Of a DNA stretch of 64,000 nt, positions 36,601-49,439 are shown piece by piece. Every line of letters starts with the position of its first letter. Position 1 is the stretch's first letter. This DNA is from Glaucostegus cemiculus (taxonomy: Eukaryota), in contig CDPCPM010000011.1 of NCBI GenBank assembly GCA_976551045.1, positions 7,068,001 through 7,132,000 on the forward strand. Direction: 5' to 3'. The translations under genes and the position numbers were made by a program. The notes below the pieces were generated by a model, which was not told the DNA's origin, ran no database searches, and saw nothing but the letters and a program-made list of their open reading frames with translations.

Positions 36601-36709
36601 AGAAAGAGACCTACACGAGCTCCCCCTACATACCTCATTTCACCCTAACAATTAATCCTTCTATTCTTTTCACCTTGAGTTACCAAACATTTTTTTTAAC
36701 TTCCAACCA

Positions 36710-36945
36710 GGCGGCACAGTAGCGTAGCTGTTAGGGCGATGCTATTACAGCGCCAGCGATCGGGGTTCGATTCCCGTCGCTGTCTGTAAGGAGTATGTAC
36801 GTTCTCCCGTGTCTGCTTGGGTTTCCTCCGGGTGCTCCGGTTTCCTCCCACATTTCAGGGATGTACGGGTAGGTTAATTTGGGTTTAAAATGGGCTGCGC
36901 AGACTCGTTGGGCCAGAAAGGCCTGTTACCACGCTGTAAATAAAA
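36710..36945 (+). mobile_element. Young tRNA-derived V-SINE
   Basis: A-box-like tagcgtagctg, B box GGTTCGATTCC (36764-36774), V-domain gggtttcctccgggtgctccggtttcctcccaca, CR1-like tail gggccagaaaggcctgttacc; CpGs retained. Confidence 0.9.
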
Positions 36946-39379
36946 TTTTTAAAAATTTAAATTTATAGTTCCTCTTAATGTGCCTGAATGAAATTGCTGT
37001 TTATTTCGATTGAAGTATGTAGCTCAGTGAAAATAATTTCCGATGTCAAGTTTAATTTCATGCCCTATTTTGAGGTGTGGTTTAATATTGTAAAACTTGA
37101 CAAGTGATTTGCATCTAAGATTTTCAATGTGAACGAACAAAAACCAGGAGTTAAAGTGTGAATTTTCATAGCATGTCAGACTTCGCTGCTAAAGATAGTA
37201 AGTAACTAAACCATACGTATCCTGAAAATCTGTGCTGGGTTAATGATCTCTGCTAGAATGGCCTTCTGACAGGGTCAGTGATTGTGTGTTGGGGTAATGG
37301 TATATGCTGCAGCAATGTAAATATGCGTGGATATTGCTGTACTGGTCGACAAATGTCTAAAAATTTAACACAAGGAAACACGTTGTTGGAAATGGCAAGT
37401 TGTGAAGGAAGGTGCTTCAAAAACAGCAGCCTATAAAGCAGTTTAGAATATGTAAAGCTCAGTATTTATATTTGGGATTCATCTAAAAGTGGAAGGCAAT
37501 TCAGTCAGATCTGCTTCTAATTACAGCAAAATCTGTCGAGGTTGAGAAGCAAACCACTTGCCCAGTCTCTTGACCAGATGATGTTTGTGGTGCAAAGTGA
37601 CTTAACAAACACAAAATAAGAGAGAGAGAGAAAGAGATAAGTAGTTAGAAATGTTACAGCAGTGGTGTTACAGAGGGAACCAGCAGCCCTAGCAGTACAC
37701 TGCTAACATGCTAGGATACAGACTCTTAAATTTGAGTCATAGCCCTAATCGCAATTGAACCATCATCTGTTCTTAGTGTTTGAGTTTCTCTGGGCCAGGT
37801 GACAGCACAGCAGAAGCCTGCTTGATCTCAGCAGGGAGGATTTAACCTTGTGCACTTCCTACCAGCTGATCACAGACTGATATCAATGGCAGCAATGCAG
37901 AAGTGTGTGAACCAGAATGTCCCACGGTCATGAAAGAAAGAAGAAAAATAACAAGGAAAGATGCATTAAATATATAAATTATGAAACCTTTCCTGAGGGC
38001 TAACAGTGCTTGGAGGAGAAAATCTAACACTAGACCAGTGAAAGACGTAGCATATGACAGAGGCAGACAAAGGTTCATAAAAAGACTGGATGAGTATTAC
38101 ACAACAATGCTAAATAACACTGTTGTATTACCGAAGATGGGCTAAATTTCTATTCTGTGGTGTCCAATCTGCATAACAGCATTCTCTTCCTCTCATAATA
38201 ATAATATCAGTCCAAAATGCAGTCAGTCTATTGCAGGTAGATGCTGAGGTTTATACATTTTCTGGCATTTTATCATTGAATTAGGTGTGTTGCACAATCA
38301 TTTAGCCATCAGTTATATCACCAATGTTCTGACATATATCCTTGCTCTCATTTTGAACAGGCAAAGATAAAGCAATTTATCAGCAACAAGGACTGTTGAA
38401 GAATCAGGGATATCAGTAAATTATGCTGTTATAATTTCAATATCATACTAAATAATGGTCCTTTTGTCTAGCATTTCATAATACGGAAGCTTTGTTTTAA
38501 AGGACACTGACACTTCAACCTTTTTCCCTGCTTTATTGTTCCAGGCTATGACCATTCTATATGAATACTGTAATCCAATTAATATTATTCACATCAGAAT
38601 ACATTGAATTTGCCAAGAAAATTATGATCAGAAATTTAAATTTAAATTACAATATTTTGAAATTAACAAGACTCTTAATGTAAGAAAGAAGTTAAAACAT
38701 GTTTGCAGAAAATCTCTCTGCCACTCTTTAGTTGGAAAGTACATTTTTACCTTGGATTTCTATATTTTCATTTTGTAATCATAACTGATTCTTTTGTTTA
38801 AAGAATTGTACCACAATCAGTTATGTTTATTTGATTCATTCACTTATTACCTTATTTTCCTTATGTCCTTTCCCATATATTTGTTCCTTGGTTAGAATTG
38901 CCATATTCAGTCACTGTCACTTAGTTTCAAGTCAATTGCTTGAGAAAATTATTACTCCTAAACTTAACCCTATTATTAATGAAACTCTTACTTTGCTTTT
39001 TGAATTATTACCCAACCATGTATTGAAACTCATTCTTAAGTGATGAGGTTTATAGCTTTTCTTTCATTAAACTCTTTCACTGCAACTTTAAAAATTATTT
39101 TCACTACATTGTGATAGTAGCATCAAAATATAGCATACCAATTAGCTTTTAAAATGCCTCTTTCAAAAGCAACTAACGTTTACCCAAGTAAGCACCTTGT
39201 TTGATTCTCTATATTTTTTGTGCTTGCTTTACATGACCAATCTCCCATCTAGATTGCTTAGCTACATTTCTCAGTTTCATGAATTGCTTTCTCAGCTCCT
39301 AGCTCTGTTTTTAATTCATAATATCTCAATCTAGATGCACTCCTTTTTTACAGAATGTAATGACTATTGGCTCCCAAAC

Positions 39380-41350
39380 CACTTCTGTTATATATCTTGT
39401 ATATATTGCCCTAACCTGTGTGCTCTTTCCCTCTGGCATACCTTGTATGTTCTTTCCACTTCTGGAAATAACTCTCCATCAGACTGCCTGGTCAGACCCA
39501 ATGAGTAACAACTTGGCACATTCTAAAAAAAACTGTAAACTTCCTGTACACTTGCCGTTAAACCAGCCATTAAAGTAGGAATAACATTCCATTCTTGAAA
39601 CAAATGCAATTTTGTGATATACAAAGCCACTTCTAAGAATCAAGAAATTTTTGGAGTACTTTTGCTTGCTTTAACTATTGTGCTTACACACAGTTGACCA
39701 CATAGGATTCTGCTCACATGCCTCCATCGGTGCTGCTCAGACATCAATGGTTCTCAGTGTGATTCAAAGATCTGTGTGCACACAATCCCAGATCTCTCCA
39801 TTCCTGCTCCAAAGTTCAAAACTGAACTCATTATTTCAGGTGGCGTCTCCTGATTCTTCCGACCAAATCTGTCGCTTCACACTTCTCTGTATCAAATTTC
39901 ATCCTGCCTTTTGTCCACTTCATCAGCTTTTTGTCTTCCTGAAATATGTTAATTGTCTTCTTCATTGTTTACTGCATTTGAGTTTCATATTATTTGCAGA
40001 CTTTGAAATTACACCATCTACACTTAATTCTTTATAATTAATATACTTGAAATAGTGGTTTTAATGCCATAGGAAGGCCACAGTATACGCTACTCCTGTT
40101 TGGAAAACAAAACGTTCACCTCCATTTTCTTCTTTTTGTCCCTCAGACACTTTTGAGTTCATGTTGCCACAGTTCTTTAACCTCATGGCCTAAGGAGTAT
40201 ACAGTAAATTGCTAACTGCCTTTTGAAAATCCATTTGCACACTATCAATTGCATCTATCTTGGTCATTGAAAGCAGAGGACTTTACCTTGTTAAGCACAA
40301 CTTACCGTCAAAGTATCCACACTGACTTTTCACCCCATGCATTTCCAAATACTAATTCAATTAACCCAGGATTATTATCTTTAAAAGTTAAGTTTTCCCA
40401 CCAGCAGTGTTTTGTTGACTAGCCTATATTTGTTGGGTTTGTCCCTCTTTTTTAAATAGGGCTGGAGTGTTTCCACACATCTTTTAGTCTAGCACCCACC
40501 CCATCCTCCTCCCCCAATGGCTTGGGAAGGTACTCAGTAATGTGTATCCTATCTGGATCAGGTGACATTTTATACTTCGAGGATACTTCATCTTTAAAGC
40601 ACAACCTCTGTCCATTCTATCCAATATTGCTACAGCTTCTTCCTTTATTGCTACAATGGCAGCACGATTTACATGAAGGCAATTGCAAAATACTCATTTA
40701 ACATTTTAGCTATGCAAGATCATTCCTGTGATCCGTAATTGGCTTCACCCTTCAGTTTTGAGCACTTATAACTGCTATGATTCCTTTTATGTGAATTGCT
40801 AACCTGTTGTCATTCTCCCTTTTGGACCTAGTATTCCCTATTTTTAGAACTGCTTTATTCTTTCTATATTCAGCATGGTTCTGTATTAAGAACTCCACAA
40901 TTACCAAGTGTGCTTTTCCTGTCTCATTTTAGCCTATATATCATTAGTCATCCAGAGAGTTCTAGCTGTGGATGCCCTTCATAGAATTAAGCCTAATCTA
41001 CACCTGAACCCGCTTCTTCGCGAAGGACTCCCAAAATTCATTTACAATTTTGCCTCCCAATTTTTTGATTCCATTCCTGTGTACTGATGCCCTTCAATTA
41101 ACTCCAATTTATCCTCCTCCAATTAACTATTTTTAGTTTGAATTTAGCTGTTCTTTTCACAAAAGTTATGATATTACAAGTGTCCTTCCACTGGAACAGG
41201 CATCGCTCACTTTATTTTATTTCCCAGACTAAATACAAGCACTGCATCCATCCTCACTGGCTGGAAACACACTGATCAAAAACAAAATTGGTATACATTT
41301 CAGGAGTTCCTCCCCCCTCTTTGCCTTTTACACTGTTGCTATTCTAGTCC
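39380..41350 (-). mobile_element. Old CR1 LINE, highly degenerate
   Basis: Scattered reverse-complement motifs: tatttgcagacttt (KSAN for KFAD), tgccttttgaaaatccattt (MDFQKA), gcaaaatactcatttaac (LNEYFA). Confidence 0.6.
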
Positions 41351-41834
41351 ATATTAATCAAATTCATCCAGTGAAAACTGAGGAAACACTGCCAAACAAA
41401 GACACTTTCAGTTATCTTCTAGTCTTTCCACTGAGGTGACCTTAAGCATTGTTTTATTGTCTCTATGTGAATGCCTCTGGCTGCCCACTGTAGGATTTTG
41501 GCTACAGGCTAGTAGAAACCAAAAATTGCATTACAAAGAAGAGCTCTGAGAACTCGGTGCTGCATTCTACAAAAGCTTTAGGCATAAACCAATGCATTAC
41601 AAAAGAATGTTTTACTTTAAGTCTGCTTATATTTTTCTTTCCCCTTGAAAACACCTTCAGTTTGATTCAGGGACCCTAAACTTCATGGAGATTGCTGCGT
41701 CAGAATCTACTGAATTACCTGCTACTTTTGCTGGTTGTTTACATCTGAAATTAGCAGGAGATTTTTATAGGCTTTATTTATTGCAGTGTGATATAAAAGT
41801 ACTCTGAAATCCAATCACATGGAATAAATCTGAT

Positions 41835-42780
41835 CGGATTTTTTTTAATTCACAAGTTAGAGACATCATTGGAATGACCACTGTTCATTAACCATTCCTT
41901 TTTAGCACTGAGTGGACTGTGTTGAACTTCCGTCTTGAACTGCTGGAGCACTTCTGGTGAATGTACTCCCACTGTGATGTTGGTAGGGAGTTCCTGGATT
42001 CTGGACAGCACTAATGAAAGTGGTGTGTGACTTGGAGGGAAACTTTCGTGTGATTTCCGTAGACCTGCTGGCTTTGTTTTTCTAAGCTGTAGAGGTCATG
42101 GGCTTGGGTTGTTGAGGAAACTTTGGCCAGTTGTTGCAGTACCTCTTTTAGGTGGTATATACTGCAGCCTTGATAGGCTGGTACAAACTGGGGGATGGGC
42201 TACTAATGAAACAACTACTAATGGGCTACTTTGTCCGGCATGGTGATGATGCTCTCGTGTAGTTGGAGCTGCAATTATCCATGGAGAGTATTCCATCTTC
42301 CACCATCCATCATCTCAGTGAATGAACCAACTTTTCAATGGATCTTCCTTTGTGCTTGGAGTGAATCCATCCGATGGTGAGTTTTTCCCCTTAATTTCTT
42401 TGACTTAAATTTTTCTAGGGCTCCTTGATGCCACAGCTAAATCTAGTGCCATCACTCATACCTCACCTCTGGATTTCAGCTCTTTTGTGAATTACTTAAG
42501 CCGAGAACTGGAGCTGAATAATCCTGGAAGATCCCAAACAGAGTGTTAGTCATCGGTGAGTAAATCCTTCTTGATAGCCCTATCTGTGACAACTCTTTTG
42601 ATAATTAAGGCGACTGGATTTGACCTGCTTTTTGAGGACAATCCATACCTCATTTATGCTACAGTGTTTTGGATAGATGCTGGTGTTGCAAGTGTTCTGG
42701 GACAGCTTGGGTAGAAGTGAAGCAAATTATAGCTAGTATGTTTTCAGTGTCCGCAGTTCAAGCAGTTTCCAGTGCATTCA
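41835..42780 (-). mobile_element. CR1/L2-group LINE, 3' end and internal pieces
   Basis: tggtagggagttcctggatt is the reverse complement of the aatcctggaactccc motif at about 44100; T-rich tail at 41839. Confidence 0.6.
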
Positions 42781-43149
42781 GCAGCTCCTTGGTATAACGT
42801 GAAGTAGCTTGACCAGTATCTGTGATGGTGGGAAGCTCAGGCAGCGTTTGAGCTGGTTCTTCCATTTGGCATTTCTGTCTAAAGACAATTACAGAGGCTT
42901 CAGCTTTGACTTGTGTACTCTTACGCTGGACAATGCCTTCACTGAGTATTGGAATGTTCATGGAGTTTCCTCTTCTTTCTCTTTTTACTTCCACTACCTC
43001 TCACAACTATGTGACATGTCAGCAGAGCACAATTAGATCCATGCTGCACCCAATGATTAAAGTAGATGTGTTGTTATGTATTTCCTGTGTTGTAGCTTCC
43101 CCTCTTGTGAATTTTCATTAGGTTGTATCAATGTTGAGCACTCCCATAA

Positions 43150-43373
43150 CCCTTTATTCCCACCTGTGTGCCAGAGACATTTTCCTTGGTCAAGTATAGA
43201 CCAGCTTGGGAAAGGGCAGCTGATTTCCTTCCATAAAGTATCTGATAACAGTGGTAATACCAGATTCACTTCCTAATCTATTTAATTAATTGAATTTAAA
43301 TTCCCTATGGTGGGATTAAACTGATCTTTTAAAATCATTAATCCCAGCCTCTGAATTACTATTACAGTAACCT
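43150..43373 (-). mobile_element. tRNA-derived chondrichthyan SINE (degenerate)
   Basis: Minus strand reads agtaattcagaggctggg...tttaatcccaccatagggaatttaaattcaattaattaaat...ggaaggaaatc, a recognisable shark SINE pattern (from memory). Confidence 0.55.
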
Positions 43374-43389
43374 CAGGCAGCACAAGGAC

Positions 43390-44244
43390 ACAAACACTGG
43401 CATCAAGGAGCCCCAGTAAGACTGAAATTAATGGGCATCAAGGGGAAAAAACTTAAATTGTTGCAGTCAAACCTTGCTCAAAGAAAGCTGCTTGCATCAC
43501 TGGAGGTCAACAATCCCAGCCCCAGGTCCTTGGGGCAATGTCCCAGGCCCAGCCACCTTCACTGCTTCATCGATGACTTTCTTTACAGCATAATGTCAGA
43601 GGTAGGATGCTAGCTGATAACTGAACGATGTTCTATTCCATTCACAGTTCCTCAGTGAATAAAACAGACCTTATCTGTACGCAGCAAGATCTAACCAACA
43701 ATAGGTTGATAAGTGGCAATTAACATTTGCACCACAACAGTGCTTGGCAATGACCATCTCCATCAATAAAGAGTCAACCCTTCCTATTCAATGTCATTAC
43801 CAAGTTCAACACTGGTGGTCAGCATTGAAACTCAGCTGGAATACTGTGATGATAACAATAGGTCAGAGAGTGGATAACCTGTGATGAATGATTCACTTCC
43901 TAACATCCCAAAGTCTTTCACACCATCTACAAGACACAAGTCAAGGTGTGATGAAGCACGCTCCACTTGCCTGGATGAGTGCAGCTCCAATAACACTCAC
44001 AAAGCTCAACGTCATTTAGGACAAGGCATTCCACATGATTGGTACCTTATCGACAACCTGATTTGGAAATTCATTACTGTTCTTTCATTACATTGGGTCT
44101 AAATCCTGGAACTCCCTCCCCAGAGACATTGTGAATGTACCTTCACTAGAAGGACCACACCTGAGAAAAGGACATTTAGGGATGGGCAGTAAATGCTAGC
44201 CTTGCGAGCAACTCCTGGATCTGGAAACATTAATAAATAAAAAA
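43390..44244 (+). mobile_element. CR1/L2-group LINE, RT to 3' tail
   Basis: WHQGAPVRLKLMGIKGK, CFIDDFL, QQDL; tail ttagggatgggcagtaaatgctagccttgcgagc...taataaataaaaaa. Confidence 0.75.
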
Positions 44245-44289
44245 TACCATAATCACTGTACTATCATAGCTCTCTCATACGATGAAGGA

Positions 44290-44510
44290 CATTATGGTCA
44301 AACAAGTACCTAAGTTCATCCACATACTCAACCACTTTCAGCAAAAGGTCATTGCATGGGGTTTGGTACCAGAACTTTTATCAATTTTCTCTTATTTACT
44401 CAGAAATGCTGAGTACCTCCAACCCTTAATGTGGCCTTACAGCAGCTAACTGATGACAGGTTGGAAATCAAACTTGGGATCATTTTTCTTTGCATAATTC
44501 AGTTACGTAC
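44290..44510 (-). mobile_element. Ancient SINE, AmnSINE2/UCON3-like
   Basis: Minus strand gatcccaagtttgatttccaacctgtcatcagttagctg; shares CAGCTAAC and the upstream layout with 59060-59290. Confidence 0.45.
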
Positions 44511-45102
44511 AAAGTTAACAATAGTGAAGCGTTATGTTGGTTGATCAAATAGTGTTAAGAGCTGAGAGAGGGCCTCAGAAACATGGAGCAGGCAGTAGTC
44601 AAAGAACCAGACCAGCAGGGAATGAGTAAAGTGAACCTGTTGAATCTTGTAGAGTTCAATCATTCCTAAGGACAGCAAAGATTGCGAAAAAGAGTCCAAG
44701 TGGATGCCATGGTTTTTTGCTGATCATTCCAATTATTTACAATGTTGTACGGTGATGGTACAAAACATTATTTATTAATTGTGCATTTCAAAATAAAACG
44801 GAAAAATGCCAGAAATTAGAGACAAGGTTAGAAAATACTGTAAGACTGCTGCAGGTATCATCTTGGAGAAAGCAAGTACATTACTGCTGGCATTGGCATC
44901 AGTTTTGAAAGTTGAAGAATAGGGCAGTCATTCAAAAACCAGTAAAATATATTATAGTGATGTACACATATGAAATATAGGAAGGATACAAGTCTTCAGA
45001 GGAAGTATAACAGTAAGGGATCATCTCAGACAAGTGAAGGACAACAGCATTAAAATATTAAAGAAACAAAAAAGATCTTGCAGATCAACAGCAGTTAAAA
45101 TA

Positions 45103-45204
45103 GAGAGTTATGGGTAAGCCTAGTAGTTTCTAGTGTAGGGACATGTTCGGCACAGCTTTGTGGGCCGAAGGGCCTGAATTGGGCTGTAGGTGTTCTATGT
45201 TCTA
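45103..45204 (+). mobile_element. Young CR1 3' end (about 100 bp)
   Basis: tagtgtagggacatgttcggcacagctttgtgggccgaagggcctgaatt...gttctatgttcta; reverse complement of 16818-16910. Confidence 0.85.
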
Positions 45205-47104
45205 AAAAGGAAATAAAGAAAAAGGGAAGAGGAAGAAACACAGGCAGACACAAAATAAGATACTGTTACGTTTTTAACACTGGGTTTTGGGGAATATCAG
45301 TGGAATAAATCAATCAGTGGATGTAAGAGTCTTAAAATAATTTTACAGTTCAGGATTAGTAAGAAGGTCCTTAGATATGTGAAAAGATAGGAAAATGATA
45401 CTGTGGACAGTCATTTTGGTGTATTGGTAACAGTGCCTTTGCTACTGTCAATTTTTAGAAACAAAATGACAGAGAGATATTAGAACTCTATTTGCAAACT
45501 CTTTAAAGGACAGATTGTGTAATCCAAGTTGGAATGAGATCAGCCAGCTTTTAATTCCAGCAAGAAATTTGAATGAGCTCAATTTAGATCAATGCTTTAG
45601 AATTGACATTCATGTATTCAGCATAGAAAGGCTTGTGATATTAGAGAGGCACTTGTTTAGTGCTTCATTCTAACTAATGCCATTCCAGATCTGTAACTGG
45701 GAAAACTCAGTACTTATATCTAGCTATACAGCATGTTAATCTAAAAGCAGCTACTAGATTGTCCACCTGCCTCTTTCTGCAGGGGAAGAGACACTTCCTG
45801 TAACAGACATTAACCCAGTTTATTGGCAGAAAAGCTTTCACTGTAATCCAAAAAGCCCTCCTGATGATCACAGGCAAAGTGGATTAGTTTGAGCCGTAGC
45901 CGTCAAAACCTAGCTGCGTCAACTGAAGGAAATTGCCTGTAATTTGTAATTGAGGGGAGCTGTTAAAGTGAGCAGCAGGAGCCCTTGTATAGCCATGTGA
46001 CAAATCCACATCTCAGCAATACCCCCTGAGGGGGCAGAAAATCAAATGAGTCACAGCTTTCACTGAAATTTTGTTGGATGCTTAGTGACTTGTGATGATA
46101 CCAATCATCAGCAAGCCTTGGCCCTAACCCAATCAGCTGCTTAATTTCTTTGCAGCAGTTTTAAAGGATTAAATGTATAAGTCTCCCTTAATGGATTTAC
46201 TTGAGTTTGCAAATAATAGTGTTAACGAATTTCTCAGAATTGACACTAACGTTGCTGGGCAATCCTGGGACCAAGGGGAAATTTTGCCTTTCTGAAATGT
46301 GACTGAAATTGCTGATCTCCAAACAGCATCTTTAAAAATTACACCACAATTTGAATTGCATACTTCTAATGTGTACTTCTTGCATGGAGAGGTGAGGCAT
46401 GGGTTGCTTATATATTGCATATACAATAGATGTACAAGTCTACATATATGTTTATGCACTGGAAGTTTTCCCATTTTCCACTGTTTTTTTCCAGTTAGTT
46501 TCACAGCTGGCTTTATTATTCCAGGGTGAGTGTTGAAATAATGAGGTCCGATGGCAGTGGGCTGCTGTTCATTTCAAGTATATCATTTGACACAGACACA
46601 ATATATTCAGTGTTCTCGTTTAAGTTGATACACTAATTGAATCAAAATTATCAGCAATGTCTGATCTCTCTGAAATGTGAGTTTTAGAGACTGAGATCTT
46701 ATTTACAGCAGATGTACGTAGTTATCTTGAGGCATCCACGTCCCAAGGATAATTTGTAATAATTATCATGATTTAGAGGAACACTTTTAACTTTTCACAT
46801 GGGAAAGGATCTGGTATTTTACTAAGTACATCCAGAAAAGAAGTTTACTTGGTTGATTTCAGGTATCCATTTTACATTATGTAATTATGGAATCTATTCC
46901 ATGTGTAAAGGCTTCCCAGAGCAAATTCAGTTTTAAAACATGGATCTCATCCTATGAGTTAGAAGCATTCATTAATTTGCATTTGTGAGTTGTAACACCC
47001 TCCTCACTACTGTAATCATCCTTAATTTATTTTTTCCCTCTCAGGGTTCTGATGTTAAGGATCATGCCAATGCCAGCAGTAATTTCTGATGTTAAGGATC
47101 AGAA

Positions 47105-47790
47105 ATTTACACAGAGGAGGGCATTCCACCCCCCCACCCCCTCTCCATTGTGTCTCTGCTGGTCAAAAAAAAAAGCAGCTCAACCTATTCCACTTTCTTG
47201 TCTTGTTCTGCAGCCTTCTAGATTCTAATGTAGGCATCCAATTACTTTTTAAATGTGATGAGGGTTTCTGCCTCCACCACTCTCAGAAGCAGAGTGTTTC
47301 AACCTCTGGATAATAAATTCTCTTCACCTCTCCTTTTTACCATTATTTAAAATCTGGTTGTTGACTTCCCTGACAAAGAAAATAACCCCTTCCTATTTGT
47401 TTTATCTAGACGCTTCAGAATTCTATACACCTCAGTTAAAAATCCCCTCTGCTTCCTCTGTACCTGTAAAAAGCCCCAACCAAACTTTCCTTATAATTAA
47501 ATATTTGAATCCTATCAATGCCCTTGTTATTTCCTCTGTACCTTCCCCAGTTTATCATATCCTCCCTATAATTCGGCGATCAGAATTGAAAGTATCACTC
47601 TCATTGTGGTCTAATTAGTATTTTATTAAGTCAACAAAACCTCTTTGGTCTTCCTTTAAGTGTTTTAACAGTATCTTGCATGCGTTATTTATGCATCAGA
47701 CTGAGCTGACCTGCTACTTCTAGTGATCAGTGGGCATGTATTCAAAGGGCCTTCTGTTGAAAAATTGAACAACACTTTTAATGTTCTTGG
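47105..47790 (-). mobile_element. CR1 3' fragment, degenerate
   Basis: aatgtgatgagggtttctgcctccaccactctcag...tatacacctcagttaaaaatcccctc fits the reverse-complement CR1 pattern. Confidence 0.65.
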
Positions 47791-47854
47791 TGAATTGCTT
47801 CTTCTCCTGAACCTTAGAATTCTCTTCAGGCAATATTAAAAAGTTGTTTGTTTT

Positions 47855-47958
47855 TGTAGTCCTGATGCAAGGTTTCAACCCGAAATATTGATTATTCCTT
47901 TCCCATGACAGATGCTGCTCAACCCGTTGAGTTCCTCCAGCAGATTGTTTGTTGCTTA
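47855..47958 (+). mobile_element. Short Penelope-derived repeat with hammerhead-like head
   Basis: agtcctgatgcaaggtttcaacccgaaatattgatt...gatgctgctcaacccgttgagttcctccagcagattg. Confidence 0.75.
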
Positions 47959-48520
47959 AAAATTGCTATTTGTCCCAATTGCCAAATCTGTATAGTTTAT
48001 GCTATTTCATTGACACTTAATATTCTAAAATTCATCCTGGCTCTGTCAAACAGAATGATCAACACATGGCTAAAAATAAATCAAAGATTAGTAATTCCAA
48101 CTGTCCATTGTTTTTTGTAATATTATTGGGACACAATTTTACCAAGTTATCAGCTCTGCCCAATAATTTTCAGCACTGGCTTTGAGTCATTGTTGCTGTA
48201 TGGATACAATTATCTATTGGGGATGTGAAGCTTGCCTAAGCTGAAATGAAGTCTTAACTGGAAACTCGCCCTAATTTAAACCATACATTGAATTGTGTAT
48301 TTTAATACAAGAAATGATTTGTGAATTGGTAATATAGAGGGGAATTTAACCAAACACCCACCGACACTCTCCAGAATGGTTAAATCTCGGCTGTGAGCAT
48401 TTCAGTCTTTCAAATCAAATCAAATCAAACCAACCCACCCACAACCAGTTCCAATTGAGGTTGACGGGACCTGGCGACTAATCCAATCCAACGAGGCAGG
48501 TTACTCATTTAGTGTTTTCA

Positions 48521-48792
48521 TGATGCCTGGGAGCCTGTCATCATGGGGACAGATCCCTGACTCTGGGAAGGATAAGTGACTATATGTCTCAAATATCTTT
48601 CTTCTGGGTTCGCAGTTTATATGATTTCCTATGTATCTACCATCCCTAATAGCCCCAAACTGAAGATCAACGTTACCTAATCTTTCTCCCTTGTGATTGG
48701 ACCCTATCACTGGGATCATGATTCTTTTTATAGTCACTTATCCTCCCCAGAGTCAGGGATCTGTCCCCATGATGACAGACTCCCAGGCATCA
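48521..48792. repeat. Inverted repeat: 64-bp arms (48521-48584 and 48729-48792), 144-bp spacer
   Basis: Manual alignment gives 62/64 complementary; mismatches at 48534/48779 and 48568/48745. Confidence 0.97.
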
Positions 48793-49289
48793 CTGATCCC
48801 TCCCCTCAACATTCAAATGACCTCTGTGGTCACTGATGCCCTGTCTCTTCTTCAGGTCTCTCTCTGAATTCCTGGCTATTGACTCTGATCTTCATACCAA
48901 CAGTACTCACTCCCCCATCATCACTGCCCTGTTTCAGTATCTCTGCTCCAGTTGCAGGATACATAGTGGATCTGGGCTATGGGCTCTACTGTTGTGTTTT
49001 CCATCCAGTGATAACAGCCTGTCAATCAGGTTGGCTTCAAAACAGGAATTAGAACAAATCCACACCGTGGAGTTATGTACCCAAAATTCACTTCCACTTC
49101 TCTGAACCCTGATCAAGAATTCTGCCCTAGTAAAGACCAGGGCTTCTAACCTCAAGATTTAGATCACAATTATAAACTTTACGTACTTAGAAAATGCAGG
49201 GAAAATGAAACACTATTAACAATTCTGCTTCTTAACCGTTCATGAGAACCACATGGCTGAAAACTAATAAAAGATTAAAAATTCAAACT

Positions 49290-49380
49290 GATTTCCATCA
49301 ATGCTGCCTGACCCGCTGAATGTTTCCAGCATTTTCTGTTTATTTTTCTGATTTTCTGCATCTGCAGTTCTTTTTTATTT
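49290..49380 (+). mobile_element. Short Penelope-derived repeat
   Basis: atgctgcctgacccgctgaatgtttccagcattttctg...ctgcatctgcagttc. Confidence 0.7.
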
Positions 49381-49439
49381 TCAAACTTGGAGGTAGAGGA
49401 TATTAAAGTCATCTCAATTCAAATGTTATCCACTTGGAG

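Noticed and set aside
36710-36790. tRNA gene
   Set aside because: The tRNA-like head continues into a V-domain and LINE tail, so it is a SINE
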